Shown here: positions 53,579 through 64,000 of the stretch, one piece after another
How positions within the stretch are numbered: the stretch's first letter is position 1
Layout: each line of letters begins with the position of its first letter
DNA from: Coraliomargarita sp.
GTDB lineage: Bacteria > Verrucomicrobiota > Verrucomicrobiia > Opitutales > Coraliomargaritaceae
Length of the DNA: 64,000 bases
Assembly: GCA_965216325.1 (NCBI GenBank)
Contig: OZ244160.1
Coordinates: 1,440,001-1,504,000 of the forward strand
Direction of reading: 5' to 3'
Made by a program: the position numbers and the translations under genes
The notes under the pieces: generated by a model
What the model was told of the DNA's origin: nothing
Seen by the model: the letters and a program-made list of their open reading frames with translations, nothing else
Databases searched by the model: none

Positions 53579-55837
53579 TCAATCCATCCAGCCAAGCACA
53601 TCGCGTGCAATCGACCAGCGAGGCAATCGGTCTTCACGGGGGTGGCCCAGGATCCAATAGTCGTAGCTCTGCTCAGCAGCATTCGACTGCTCCTCCAACG
53701 CGAGCCATTGATTCATAAACACGAGGAAGTCGGTATCGTCCGGCGCAATCGGATAGGCTAAACTGTACACCGCTTTGTTCTTCGTTACCTGCACCTTGTA
53801 GTCACGATGCACCAGGCTCATCGCTGACCCCGCTTCAGCCGAAGTATACAAGGCCTCTAGCGGCTTGTCGCGCTCTGCAAAGAACTGATGGTAACTATCG
53901 TATTCGACCAGCTCAAGATTCGGGAAGTGCGCACGAATATTCGGGATAAACGGACTTGGCGGCACATAGCCGAGCGAGATGTCCTCATTCGCACGGATTT
54001 TCTCAGCAGATGCAAAGGCCTCCTCCGCTTGAGGGTTCTTGGGCACCAAGATCGCCAAGTGCAATTGGAGGTAGGACTTCGAGAAGGTGTAACGCGCGAT
54101 GTCCGCGGTCGTGATCGGCACACCTGACATGATGATATCGATCTCCCCTTCATCCAAATACTCCCAACCCCGAAACGGACTGATCGGATAGAACTCGAGA
54201 TTACAGTTCAGGTGGGACGCCAGACGATGCGCCGCCTCAACGTCGTAGCCCGCCAACTCACCATTGCCGTTAAAATAGGTCCAAGGCATGTTATCGGGGA
54301 AGAAGCCAACGCGCAGCACACGGCGCTGGCGCACTGAAGTGTCTGCGGCCTCGGCAACTTCCGGCTCAATCTGCCCACTCGGCGCATCCGACCCGCCAAA
54401 GACACGATTGAAGAAACCACGCTTTTTCGGGCGCGCCTCGGCAGCCTCACCTTCAGGGATCTCGGAACGCAAGGTCGGCGGTGCATCGAAGACCTCAAAT
54501 GGCACCTTGGTTTCGACATGCATGTCCTTCACAAACTCTGCCTGCTCATTCGCGGTTGGCACAATGTTATCCAGCAAAATACGCGCACTCACCATCATCG
54601 CGATACCGCCAAACAGCAAAGTCGAGGAGCAGATCACGATCTTCTTCACATCGATCCGCAACTGCCCGAGCAGCGACGAGACCGCGACCAGCGTGAAGCA
54701 GAGCAACTCCATACAAGCGAGCAAGGTCGCGAAACGGCCATTGATGATACCCGACAAAATGTAGAGTGAGAACAGATCGGTCGGCAGCCCTTCGAGCTGC
54801 AGCATGTAAGGCACCGCGATATCAATTCCGCCGAAAAACACCGGCAAGCCCGTCGCAATCGTCTGCGGGTAGTGCGAATACGGCAGCGGACTACCGATAA
54901 ACCAAGCGCCGAAGAAGATAAACAACAGCGCCGTCAGCTTGCCCATATTCGGGAAGTTGAAGGTCACCGGAATCAGGATATCGATAAAGAACTCGGCATC
55001 CTCAGCATCCGGGCACTGTTCTTTGAACATCTTTTGGCAGTCCTCGATCAGAATCGGCAACACCACAAACAAGTTACCCGTGGTAAAGGCAGTGATCAGC
55101 GCATTGCGTGAGACGGTGAGCACCTGGCGTGAAGTGAACGGGGTCAGCATCGACATCACCATCGGGAAGGCGACGAAAGTCAGGAACAAACACGCACCGA
55201 TATAGGCGACGAAATACACCTGCAGGCGAATCACATCGTCCCCATCCAAGGTGCCCGCCGCAGCCGCGGTCAGGCCGAAGACCCCCAGCGGGGTGATCTT
55301 CACGACAAAGGAGGTCACCTTCTGCAGCGTTTTAGAAATGACCCCAAAAACCTCCAGCACGCCTTCCTTTTTCGGCACCGCGATCAAGGCCAAGCCAAAC
55401 AGAATACTGAACAGCACGACCGCCGGAATCGCACTGGTGGCGAGCGCCTCAAAGGGATTCGACGGTACGAACATCTCGACCAGCGAAACATCCGGCGCCT
55501 CCTCCACCATTCCGGGATTAAAGAAGCTGGCCGCATCGCGATTCGGGAAGCTGCTCGCCATCATCACGACCACGGTCAGACCGATGCCCCAAAAGAGCAG
55601 CAACAAGGCCCCCGCCCGCTTGGCCAGCAGCCACGCCCGCTCATAGCTCAGCGAACCAAAGCCCACAATCAATGAGAACATGATGTAGGGCAAAATCGTC
55701 ATCTGCAGCAGACGCACGTAGACGATCCCGATAAACTCGAGCTGCGCCGTCACTTCACCGAAAAACAAGCCGACGAAAATGCCCAATAGCATCCCGATCA
55801 TAATCTGTGTCGTCAGACTGAACTTCAGTTTTCCCAT
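53579..55837 (-). CDS. Dicarboxylate/amino-acid:cation symporter fused to family-3 solute-binding domain
   Basis: N-terminal DAACS (RLLQMTILP, PSNPF, ITPLGVF); C-terminal LRVG..PW...GELAGYDVE. Confidence 0.85.
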   Translation of the reverse strand: MGKLKFSLTTQIMIGMLLGIFVGLFFGEVTAQLEFIGIVYVRLLQMTILPYIMFSLIVGFGSLSYERAWLLAKRAGALLLLFWGIGLTVVVMMASSFPNRDAASFFNPGMVEEAPDVSLVEMFVPSNPFEALATSAIPAVVLFSILFGLALIAVPKKEGVLEVFGVISKTLQKVTSFVVKITPLGVFGLTAAAAGTLDGDDVIRLQVYFVAYIGACLFLTFVAFPMVMSMLTPFTSRQVLTVSRNALITAFTTGNLFVVLPILIEDCQKMFKEQCPDAEDAEFFIDILIPVTFNFPNMGKLTALLFIFFGAWFIGSPLPYSHYPQTIATGLPVFFGGIDIAVPYMLQLEGLPTDLFSLYILSGIINGRFATLLACMELLCFTLVAVSSLLGQLRIDVKKIVICSSTLLFGGIAMMVSARILLDNIVPTANEQAEFVKDMHVETKVPFEVFDAPPTLRSEIPEGEAAEARPKKRGFFNRVFGGSDAPSGQIEPEVAEAADTSVRQRRVLRVGFFPDNMPWTYFNGNGELAGYDVEAAHRLASHLNCNLEFYPISPFRGWEYLDEGEIDIIMSGVPITTADIARYTFSKSYLQLHLAILVPKNPQAEEAFASAEKIRANEDISLGYVPPSPFIPNIRAHFPNLELVEYDSYHQFFAERDKPLEALYTSAEAGSAMSLVHRDYKVQVTKNKAVYSLAYPIAPDDTDFLVFMNQWLALEEQSNAAEQSYDYWILGHPREDRLPRWSIARDVLGWMD

Positions 55838-55976
55838 GAGTCGTTAGCGTATGTGTTAGGCTCTGATCCGCAGAAGGTAGCGCGACACCGTACGCGGTGC
55901 GCACCACGTCAGGAAAGTCTTCGCATGGCAAAGTAAGTTAGCATATTAGACGCCAATGCAAACGAAGGCGCCGAAA

Positions 55977-56315
55977 TCACCCTGGAGGCCAGGTCATCGG
56001 GCGCCCGCCGAGCACGTGCACATGCATATGTGGCACGGTCTCGCCACCATCGGGACCATTGTTAATCACCACGCGGAAGCCATTTTCCAAATTCAGCTTT
56101 TGGGCCACCGCAGCAGCAGTGAGCAGTAAGTGACCCAGCAGGGCTTGATCCTCTGCCCCAGCAGCACCCACACGCGGCACCACCTTCTTTGGAATCACCA
56201 ACAGGTGAGTGGGCGCCTTGGGGTCGACATCATGAATGACGATGCACTGATCATCCTCATACTCGATCTTAGCAGGAATTTCGCGGGCGATGATACGTTC
56301 AAAAATCGTGCTCAT
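55977..56315 (-). CDS. HIT-family (HinT-like) nucleotide hydrolase
   Basis: MSTIFERII..EIPA, HLLVIPK, HMHVHVLGGR. Confidence 0.95.
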   Translation of the reverse strand: MSTIFERIIAREIPAKIEYEDDQCIVIHDVDPKAPTHLLVIPKKVVPRVGAAGAEDQALLGHLLLTAAAVAQKLNLENGFRVVINNGPDGGETVPHMHVHVLGGRPMTWPPG

Positions 56316-56391
56316 GCCCTGATCAAAAGGATTTGAGCTAACGATGGAAGCGTAAAGCCACGAGTGAGAAACAATCCCCGAGCCCAAATAG

Positions 56392-56545
56392 GTAGGACTG
56401 TCTCGCGGATTCGACAAGCTCACCGCCCTGAGTCTATCGAAGGGCCGAGGCAGCCGTTCGCCCACAGGACACGAACTACCCAAACTTAAGGTATCCGTAA
56501 TCCACAAGCCATTGCCGAACGGTCGCCTCGGCGAGGCGACCCTAC
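56392..56545. repeat. GTAG REP doublet whose left arm carries a 39-bp insertion
   Basis: GTAGGACTGTCTCG[insert 56406-56444]CCGAGGCAGCCGTTCG...CGAACGGTCGCCTCGGCGAGGCGACCCTAC. Confidence 0.8.
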
Positions 56546-56574
56546 CGATAGAATCTCACTCGCCACCCCATTCC

Positions 56575-56643
56575 GGAGCGTGGACACTGTTGTCCACATC
56601 AATGCGCGCCCCCAAGAAGGCAGGGCAAGAGTGTCCCGCCTCC
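56575..56643. repeat. GGAG-type REP doublet (further family)
   Basis: GGAGCGTGGACACTGTTGTCCAC...GCAGGGCAAGAGTGTCCCGCCTCC. Confidence 0.72.
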
Positions 56644-56650
56644 AAAGAAC

Positions 56651-56678
56651 GAAGGGCAACCCGCATGGATTGCCCTTC
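56651..56678. terminator. Hairpin terminator downstream of 56692-57837
   Basis: GAAGGGCAACC-CGCAT-GGATTGCCCTTC flanked by A-rich runs. Confidence 0.65.
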
Positions 56679-56691
56679 AAAAATTAAGTCT

Positions 56692-57837
<1,146 letters not shown>

Positions 57838-58035
57838 AGCTAGAATCAGAAAGCACTGTCACAAATACTAAAGCGCACCGAAGGCCAAGCACGAAAGGCA
57901 ACCAAAATCACAAGCCTCGCATATTTAACGACTTCAGCACAGAGCGAGATCATTTCACAGTATTACAAATTCGCCGTTTCGGTGTTTTTTGTGTGTCATT
58001 AATGTTAATTCTGTTTCTAATCGACTGAACACTTC

Positions 58036-58863
58036 ATGAAATTTTTCAGAACCAGTCTCTCTCTCGCCTGCACACTTGCAGGGCTGCTTTCGCTCTCCTC
58101 ACAGGCGGAAACCGTTGTCATCATGGGCTCCGACACCATCGGCTCTAAAATGGCCGTGCAGCTCTCCGAAGCCTTCCGCGCGAAGATGGACAGTCGCCAC
58201 ACAGCCGTGTCATTCGAAATCTCCTCGGAAGGCTCCGTCACTGCGTTGGCAGCCCTGATCGACGGTCACTCCGACATCGGCATGTTTTCCCGCGCGCCCA
58301 AGACCACCGAAATTTCCCGCGCCAAGGCCAACGGAGTTAAACTCACCGCGATCACGGTGGCCCACGACGCCATCGCGATTGTCGTGAACGCCGCCAATCC
58401 GATCGAATCCATCAGCCTCGAAGAGCTCGAACTCATCTACTCCGGGGATGTGACCGACTGGTCCAGCATCACCCCCGGCTACACAGGGCGCATCTCCGCT
58501 TATACGCGCAACACCGCCTCGGGCACCTACAGCATCTTACAAGACGTCGCCATGTCCTCGCGCGACTACGGGGAAGACACGCAAAAGATGGCCGGCAACG
58601 AGCACATTGCCTCCGAAGTCGCAAAGAACGCCTACGGCATCGGCTACATCGGGCTCGCCTACACCGCGGCCCCCGGCCTCAAGGTCGTGCCCATCGATGG
58701 GCTTGCGCCCGGTAGTGCCGAGTATCCACTCGGCCGCGAACTCAGCTTCCTTGTCGATCTAAGCAAGCCACTCAAACCGATGACCAACGACTTCATCGGC
58801 TTCACCCTGAGCCCCGAGGGCCAGGCAATCGTGAGCGGCGTGAATTTCATGCCGGTTTACTAA
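58036..58863 (+). CDS. pstS: Phosphate-binding protein PstS family
   Basis: [47 protein letters not shown]. Confidence 0.85.
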   Translation: MKFFRTSLSLACTLAGLLSLSSQAETVVIMGSDTIGSKMAVQLSEAFRAKMDSRHTAVSFEISSEGSVTALAALIDGHSDIGMFSRAPKTTEISRAKANGVKLTAITVAHDAIAIVVNAANPIESISLEELELIYSGDVTDWSSITPGYTGRISAYTRNTASGTYSILQDVAMSSRDYGEDTQKMAGNEHIASEVAKNAYGIGYIGLAYTAAPGLKVVPIDGLAPGSAEYPLGRELSFLVDLSKPLKPMTNDFIGFTLSPEGQAIVSGVNFMPVY

Positions 58864-58942
58864 GCCGGACGAGAGCGCTTCGCACTTCTGGCCAAGCCAC
58901 TTTTTTCCGTAGAGAAACTGCGAACGCAGTTTCGACACCCAG

Positions 58943-59022
58943 TGGAGGGCAATGCTCCGTCATTTCCACTACGTTTCCCACGAAACAGCCCAGCAATGGC
59001 AACGACTGAGCGTGCCCTCTCC
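58943..59022. repeat. GGAG-type REP doublet (family D)
   Basis: TGGAGGGCAATGCTCCGTCATT identical to the start of the 12994 copy. Confidence 0.8.
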
Positions 59023-59025
59023 GCC

Positions 59026-59850
59026 CTAGACCTTCGGCAAACGATCCCCACAGACCTTACAAAAGGTCGCATCATGGTCGTGATTTTCCCAGCCACAGGC
59101 CGGGCAAATCGGATCCCCCTGACGATTCGTTAACTTAAGCTCTTCCTCCGGACGCGTCATCTCCGCCGTCACAATCGCGGTCGGCACCGCAATGATGCCG
59201 TAGCCGATAATCATGATGATTGAGGCCACGAATTGCCCCAACGGCGTCTGCGGTGAAATGTCCCCATAACCGACAGTGGTCAGCGTCACCACCGCCCAAT
59301 AGACACTCTTCGGAATACTGGTGAATCCATTCGCGTCGCCCTCGATCAAATACATCAGCGAGCCCAAAATCAGCACGAGGTTGATCACCGCGAACAGGAA
59401 GACTGCAATCTTCCGCGAACTCGACTTCAGCGCCTTCATAATCGAGTTCGCCTCGCCGATATACTTTACCAGCTTCAAAATACGGAAGATCCGCAAGACC
59501 CGCAACACGCGCAGCAGCATCAGGTAGTGCGCTCCCGGCAACAACAAATCCAAGTAGGTCGGCATAATCGCCAACAAATCCACCACACCGAAAAAACTGC
59601 GCGCATACTTAGCCGGCCTCTCTGAAACATACAGGCGCACGAAATACTCGATCGTGAACGCGATCGTAATGGTCCACTCAAGAATGTAGAGACGTTGCCG
59701 CATGACATCCCCCAGAATCGGCACGCTCTCCAGCATGACCACACACACGCTCAGTAAAATCGTTGCGATCAGCCCGAGATCAAACAGCTTCTCATCCCAA
59801 CGGTGCGACTGAAAGATGATACGACGACACTCGGCTTTAAAATGGTTCAT
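59026..59850 (-). CDS. Voltage-gated-type potassium channel with C-terminal zinc ribbon
   Basis: S4 [13 protein letters not shown], filter TVGYGD, CPACG...CKVCG. Confidence 0.92.
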   Translation of the reverse strand: MNHFKAECRRIIFQSHRWDEKLFDLGLIATILLSVCVVMLESVPILGDVMRQRLYILEWTITIAFTIEYFVRLYVSERPAKYARSFFGVVDLLAIMPTYLDLLLPGAHYLMLLRVLRVLRIFRILKLVKYIGEANSIMKALKSSSRKIAVFLFAVINLVLILGSLMYLIEGDANGFTSIPKSVYWAVVTLTTVGYGDISPQTPLGQFVASIIMIIGYGIIAVPTAIVTAEMTRPEEELKLTNRQGDPICPACGWENHDHDATFCKVCGDRLPKV

Positions 59851-60043
59851 CACAGCAACAACTATAGTCAAAACGTAGCCTAACGCCATTCAAAAGGCAA
59901 GCCACGAGCCTCGACAGGCACCAGCCAACGCGTCATCAATGCAAATATGATTCAGCTGCAACAAGTCTTACTATACTGCCACGCATCACTTTGTGCGCAA
60001 TTGAAGTCGCGGTTATCTTTAACTCCCAAAGGAATGTCGAATC

Positions 60044-60110
60044 GTAGTGTGCAGCTTCAGCAAACGCTTCACGGAGCACGAGAAAAGCGTTTGCTGAAGC
60101 TGCACGCTAC
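60044..60110. repeat. REP doublet (family C), remote from the RAYT gene
   Basis: GTAGTGTGCAGCTTCAGCAAACGCTT...AAGCGTTTGCTGAAGCTGCACGCTAC. Confidence 0.88.
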
Positions 60111-60129
60111 GAGCCTAAAATCACAACTC

Positions 60130-61215
60130 ATGATGCGGGTCATTATAATCCTGATACTTTCCAGCCTTAGCGCACAAGCCCAAGACTACGCGCGCAACTT
60201 TGAGATCACAGAGCACGAGAGCTTCACACTGCTCACGGTTCACAACACGAACCTCAAGCCCTCTCGCGCCTATCAGTATGCCTTGGTGCCAAAGACCGCA
60301 AATCTGCCGAAACTGGCTAAAGACACCAAAATCATCCGAACCCCCGTCGAACGTGTCGTCGTGATGGAGACCGTGCAACTCGGCTACATGGATGCACTCG
60401 GAGAACTCGACCACATCGTCGGTGCAGGCTCGGCCGACTATATCAACAATCTCACGGTCGTCGAGCGCATCAAAGACGGCACCATCAAGCGGGTGCAATC
60501 CGGCCAAAACATCGACGCCGAAAGCCTTCTACTTCTCCAGCCAGACTTGATCCTCACAAGCGTCACTGGCAACCCCTCCTTCGACCTCCCTGAGAAGCTA
60601 ACCCGCACCGGACTTCCCATCGTCTTCACCACCAGTTTCATGGAGCGTCACCCCTTAGGCCGCGCCGAGTGGGTGCAGTTCATTGGCGCCTTCTTCGACG
60701 CCGACGACAACGCAGAAGAGCTCTTTACCAACATCGCGGATCGCTACAACGAGCTCACGCAACTCAGCGCCAGCGCCACCAAGCGCCCGACCGTCTTCTG
60801 CAGCGCCCCCTACTCGGGCTCATGGCACATGCCCAGCGGCGACAGCTACATGGCCCGCTATATCAAAGACGCCGGCGGGGACTATCTCTGGGCCGACCAT
60901 ACTCACGGCGGCAACATCCCACTCGACACCGAGCGCGTCTTCCTCCGTGCAGCGAATGCCGACGTCTGGCTCAACCCCAGCCATTACCGAACACTCAGCG
61001 CCCTCTTCGGCTCCGACCAGCGCTTCAATAAATTCAAAGCCGCCCGCACGGGACGCGTTTACAACAACAGCAAGCAAACCACCGAAATCGGCGGCAATCC
61101 AATCTGGGAAAAAGGCATTGTCCAGCCCGACGACGTATTGGCAGACCTAATACACATCCTACATCCCGACTTATTGCCCGAGCACGAGTTCGTGTTTTAC
61201 GAACAACTCCAGTAG
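60130..61215 (+). CDS. Fe-siderophore/cobalamin ABC transporter substrate-binding protein
   Basis: [31 protein letters not shown]. Confidence 0.85.
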   Translation: MMRVIIILILSSLSAQAQDYARNFEITEHESFTLLTVHNTNLKPSRAYQYALVPKTANLPKLAKDTKIIRTPVERVVVMETVQLGYMDALGELDHIVGAGSADYINNLTVVERIKDGTIKRVQSGQNIDAESLLLLQPDLILTSVTGNPSFDLPEKLTRTGLPIVFTTSFMERHPLGRAEWVQFIGAFFDADDNAEELFTNIADRYNELTQLSASATKRPTVFCSAPYSGSWHMPSGDSYMARYIKDAGGDYLWADHTHGGNIPLDTERVFLRAANADVWLNPSHYRTLSALFGSDQRFNKFKAARTGRVYNNSKQTTEIGGNPIWEKGIVQPDDVLADLIHILHPDLLPEHEFVFYEQLQ

Positions 61216-61286
61216 GGGCGCTGCTTGCGGCGCCCGCCACAGCAAAAGCACACAAGTAAAGCGGGCTCCGCAAGCAGAGCCCCTAC
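61212..61286. repeat. GTAG REP doublet (family B-like)
   Basis: GTAGGGGCGCTGCTTGCGGCGCCCGC...GCGGGCTCCGCAAGCAGAGCCCCTAC. Confidence 0.85.
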
Positions 61287-61356
61287 GATTGCCACGTAGA
61301 AACCACCCTCACTTTCGCATCGCCTCAATTAGCGGATTCACTTCACTGAGTGCCAC

Positions 61357-62418
61357 GTGAGCACACTCGGCACAGAACCTTCCAATAAACGCAGCATCCT
61401 ACTCTTCATTGGGCTGCTAGTGCTGATTGGAATCGTTGCTGCAGCAAGTGCCTGCTTCGGCGCAATCGCACTCAGCCCAGAGCAGCTCTTCCAAGCGCTG
61501 TTCAATCGCAGCGAAGCCGACCCAGTGCTCCAACAGATCATCGTCGACTTCCGACTACCCCGGATCGTCACTGCATTGCTCGCAGGAGCGGCACTCTCAA
61601 CAGCTGGCCTCATGATGCAAACCGTGTTTCGTAATCCTCTTGCAGATCCGTTCGTGCTCGGCGTCAACTCAGGAGCGAGTCTCGGTGTTGCGATCGTCTT
61701 GCTGACACTTGCACCAGTCGGCATCGGCCTGACCGAAGGCCTCGGTGGAGGTGGCCAAATGATGGTGATCGCAGCCGCGACCTCAGGAGCAGCTGCCACG
61801 CTGTTCATCGTCCTCGCGCTCTCGCGGCGTGTCGACATCATGTCTGTGCTGATCATTGGCCTGATGATCAGCTATACGGTCGGAGCCATCGTCAGCATCC
61901 TCATGTTCTTCAGCATGGCTGAGCGCCTGCAATCGTTCATGAGCTGGTCCTTCGGCGACTACAGCAATGTCAGCTGGGAGCACATGCGACTCTTCGCCCC
62001 AACCATCCTCGGCGGCTTGGGGCTCAGCCTACTCTTCATTAAGCCGCTGGATGCACTCCTGCTTGGCGAGCACTATGCCGAAAGCGTTGGCACCCGCGTC
62101 AAGCAAGTGCGCTTCATTGTGCTGCTCGCGGCGTCCATTCTAGCCGGTACCGTCACCGGTTTCTGTGGCCCCATTGGCTTCCTTGGCATCGCCGCCCCGC
62201 ACTTGGGCCGCTACGTATTCCATACCAGCAACCACCGTATACTGATCCCCGCATCCATTCTACTCGGCGCCCTACTCTCGCTTAGCTCAGACCTAATTTC
62301 TCGCGCCCCGGGATTCGACTTCACCCTCCCGTTGAACGCCATCACCGCACTCTTTGGTGCGCCCGTGATCATCGCCGCGCTCATCAAACAACGTAACCTG
62401 AAACGCCTGTTCGGATGA
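61357..62418 (+). CDS. FecCD/BtuC-family ABC permease
   Basis: [37 protein letters not shown]. Confidence 0.93.
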   Translation: MSTLGTEPSNKRSILLFIGLLVLIGIVAAASACFGAIALSPEQLFQALFNRSEADPVLQQIIVDFRLPRIVTALLAGAALSTAGLMMQTVFRNPLADPFVLGVNSGASLGVAIVLLTLAPVGIGLTEGLGGGGQMMVIAAATSGAAATLFIVLALSRRVDIMSVLIIGLMISYTVGAIVSILMFFSMAERLQSFMSWSFGDYSNVSWEHMRLFAPTILGGLGLSLLFIKPLDALLLGEHYAESVGTRVKQVRFIVLLAASILAGTVTGFCGPIGFLGIAAPHLGRYVFHTSNHRILIPASILLGALLSLSSDLISRAPGFDFTLPLNAITALFGAPVIIAALIKQRNLKRLFG

Positions 62419-63455
62419 GCCATTCTTCAGAGATCGGAGGCCAGAGGCCAGAGGCCAGCTTACTCACCACTGATTCACTTCAAATCGGCTATAGTCATCA
62501 GGGCGACAGCACCTGCATTGCACGCGACCTAAGTCTGGAGCTGAAAGCTGGCGAATTCGTCTGCCTGCTCGGGCCGAATGGCGCGGGCAAATCGACCTTG
62601 ATACGAACACTCGCTGGCATGCAGCCCCCCCTTGGGGGCACAGTCGCCCTCCAAGGCAAAGGCTTCCAAAACATTGCACCACGCGAACGTGCACGCCAGG
62701 TCAGCGTCGTCCTGACCGAGTCGATGCCCATCGGCATGATGGATGCCTACTCGCTGGTTTCACTCGGACGCCACCCCTACTCAGGTTGGCTGGGCGGCCT
62801 CAACCAACACGATCGTAAACGCATCGCGTGGGCGCTCAACGCAGTCGGCGCAACTGAGCTCGCTCCGCGCCAAGTAGCCGAACTCAGCGACGGCGAACGG
62901 CAGAAAGTTTCCATCGCCCGCGCCCTTGCTCAAGAAGCAAAGGTGATGCTGCTCGACGAGCCCACCGCCTACCTCGACCTGCCACGCCGTGTAGAGCTCA
63001 TGTCGATCCTGCGCACACTCGCACAGCAGGAGCAGATGGGCTTATTACTCTCAACTCACGACCTCGATCTCGCGCTGCGCTTTGCCGACAAACTCTGGGT
63101 CGTCACTACGAATGGCAGCCTACTGCAGGGCTCGCCCGAAGCACTCGCACTCAGCGGTGAGTTCTCCGATGTCTTTGCCAATGAGAACCTCGAGTGGGAT
63201 GCCGAGCACGGGCTGTTCCGCGCTCCTAAAACCCCCTGCCTCGAAGCACACATTACCGGCAGCGGACACGAATACCTCTGGACGCGACGTGCTGTGGAAC
63301 GACTCGGATTTCGTATTGGTAATGCGGATACAGCTGCGTTCACGGTGCAGGTAAGCACAGACGCATGGATAGTCGAGAAGAACGGCATCAGGAAAGATCT
63401 GCACTCGATCCAAGCGTTCATCGATTGGATCCAAGCAGAGAATTGGAAAGCGTAG
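62415..63455 (+). CDS. Fe/B12 ABC transporter ATPase
   Basis: [27 protein letters not shown]. Confidence 0.93.
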   Translation: MSHSSEIGGQRPEASLLTTDSLQIGYSHQGDSTCIARDLSLELKAGEFVCLLGPNGAGKSTLIRTLAGMQPPLGGTVALQGKGFQNIAPRERARQVSVVLTESMPIGMMDAYSLVSLGRHPYSGWLGGLNQHDRKRIAWALNAVGATELAPRQVAELSDGERQKVSIARALAQEAKVMLLDEPTAYLDLPRRVELMSILRTLAQQEQMGLLLSTHDLDLALRFADKLWVVTTNGSLLQGSPEALALSGEFSDVFANENLEWDAEHGLFRAPKTPCLEAHITGSGHEYLWTRRAVERLGFRIGNADTAAFTVQVSTDAWIVEKNGIRKDLHSIQAFIDWIQAENWKA

Positions 63456-63531
63456 GGGCGCGACTTGACGCGCCCGCCCAAAGCCACAGCCATCAGCACT
63501 AAGCTCGGGCGTGCGGAACGCTCGCCCCTAC
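63452..63531. repeat. GTAG REP doublet filling the whole convergent intergenic gap
   Basis: GTAGGGGCGCGACTTGACGCGCCCG...CGGGCGTGCGGAACGCTCGCCCCTAC. Confidence 0.85.
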
Positions 63532-63905
63532 GACTGGCTTTTCGCACAATCCGGGCACTTGCCCGAATAAATCACTTCGCCGCCAGTCACGACAAATCCC
63601 TTCGGAGCTTCGATTTCAGGAAGCTTCATGGCCAAGGGCAGATCAAAGACTCGATTACAACTGCGGCAAATAAAGTGCGGATGCTCTTCTTCCGCAGGCA
63701 ACTCATAGCGCTTCGGCTGCCCTGGAAACTCGACGCCAATCATCTGAAAAGTTCGCGTCAACTCACGGATATTACGATCCACCGTTGCCGAGCCCAAGCG
63801 CGGCACCTTCTTGCGCGCCAAGGACAAAAGTTCATCGCGCGTGAGCGGACGCCCCTCCTCTTTGAGGACAGAAAGAATGGCATCACGTTGACGAGTTTGA
63901 ATCAT
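63528..63905 (-). CDS. Fur-family transcriptional regulator
   Basis: TRQRDAIL, LGSATVDRN, HPHFICRSC, GKCPDC. Confidence 0.9.
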   Translation of the reverse strand: MIQTRQRDAILSVLKEEGRPLTRDELLSLARKKVPRLGSATVDRNIRELTRTFQMIGVEFPGQPKRYELPAEEEHPHFICRSCNRVFDLPLAMKLPEIEAPKGFVVTGGEVIYSGKCPDCAKSQS

Positions 63906-64000
63906 AGACAAAAAAGGCAGGCTGCCATGCAAAGAGACGAACGCACAGCAGCCTGCCAGACTTCACCAATTAGAAAAGTTAGAAGTTCACACGGGCACCG

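Noticed and set aside
59890..60129. Cobalamin riboswitch upstream of the Fe/B12 ABC operon
   Set aside because: No recognisable B12-box core; the visible structure is a family-C REP, which also makes the ORF extension from 59947 unlikely.

Overview
A 64-kb bacterial chromosomal segment. Gene content suggests Verrucomicrobiota (Opitutia/Coraliomargarita-like): PEP-CTERM protein, Pro/Ala-rich IF2, many GTAG-type palindromes. This taxonomy is inference only. Most of it is housekeeping: nusA-infB-rbfA-nrnA-truB-ribF, amtB-glnK, clpB, kdsA, rsmD, panD, folate genes (pabB-pabC-folP-folB-folK), lptF/G, pyrE, larBCE, gcvP/gcvT, an ECF sigma module, galE, a fabF-acp-desaturase trio, a GH63-like glycosidase, phosphate genes and an Fe/B12 ABC transporter. 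The standout is a divergent signalling island at about 16.9-26.8 kb. It is centred on a LuxD-like acyl-ACP thioesterase fused to a SAM methyltransferase, translationally coupled to a multi-TM sensor kinase. It also holds two further kinases, a degenerate GGDEF/REC protein and a FadL-type outer-membrane lipid importer. I infer a candidate fatty-acid-methyl-ester (PhcB-like) quorum-sensing system. Other notable items are a nonsense-interrupted RAYT transposase flanked by its REPs, at least eight REP-like families (one inserted in-frame in pabB, one nested, several supplying stop codons), a catalytically dead HtrA in the ECF operon and two sigma54-type promoters. No rRNA, tRNA or CRISPR array was seen. 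All calls come from motifs read by eye; no searches were run.
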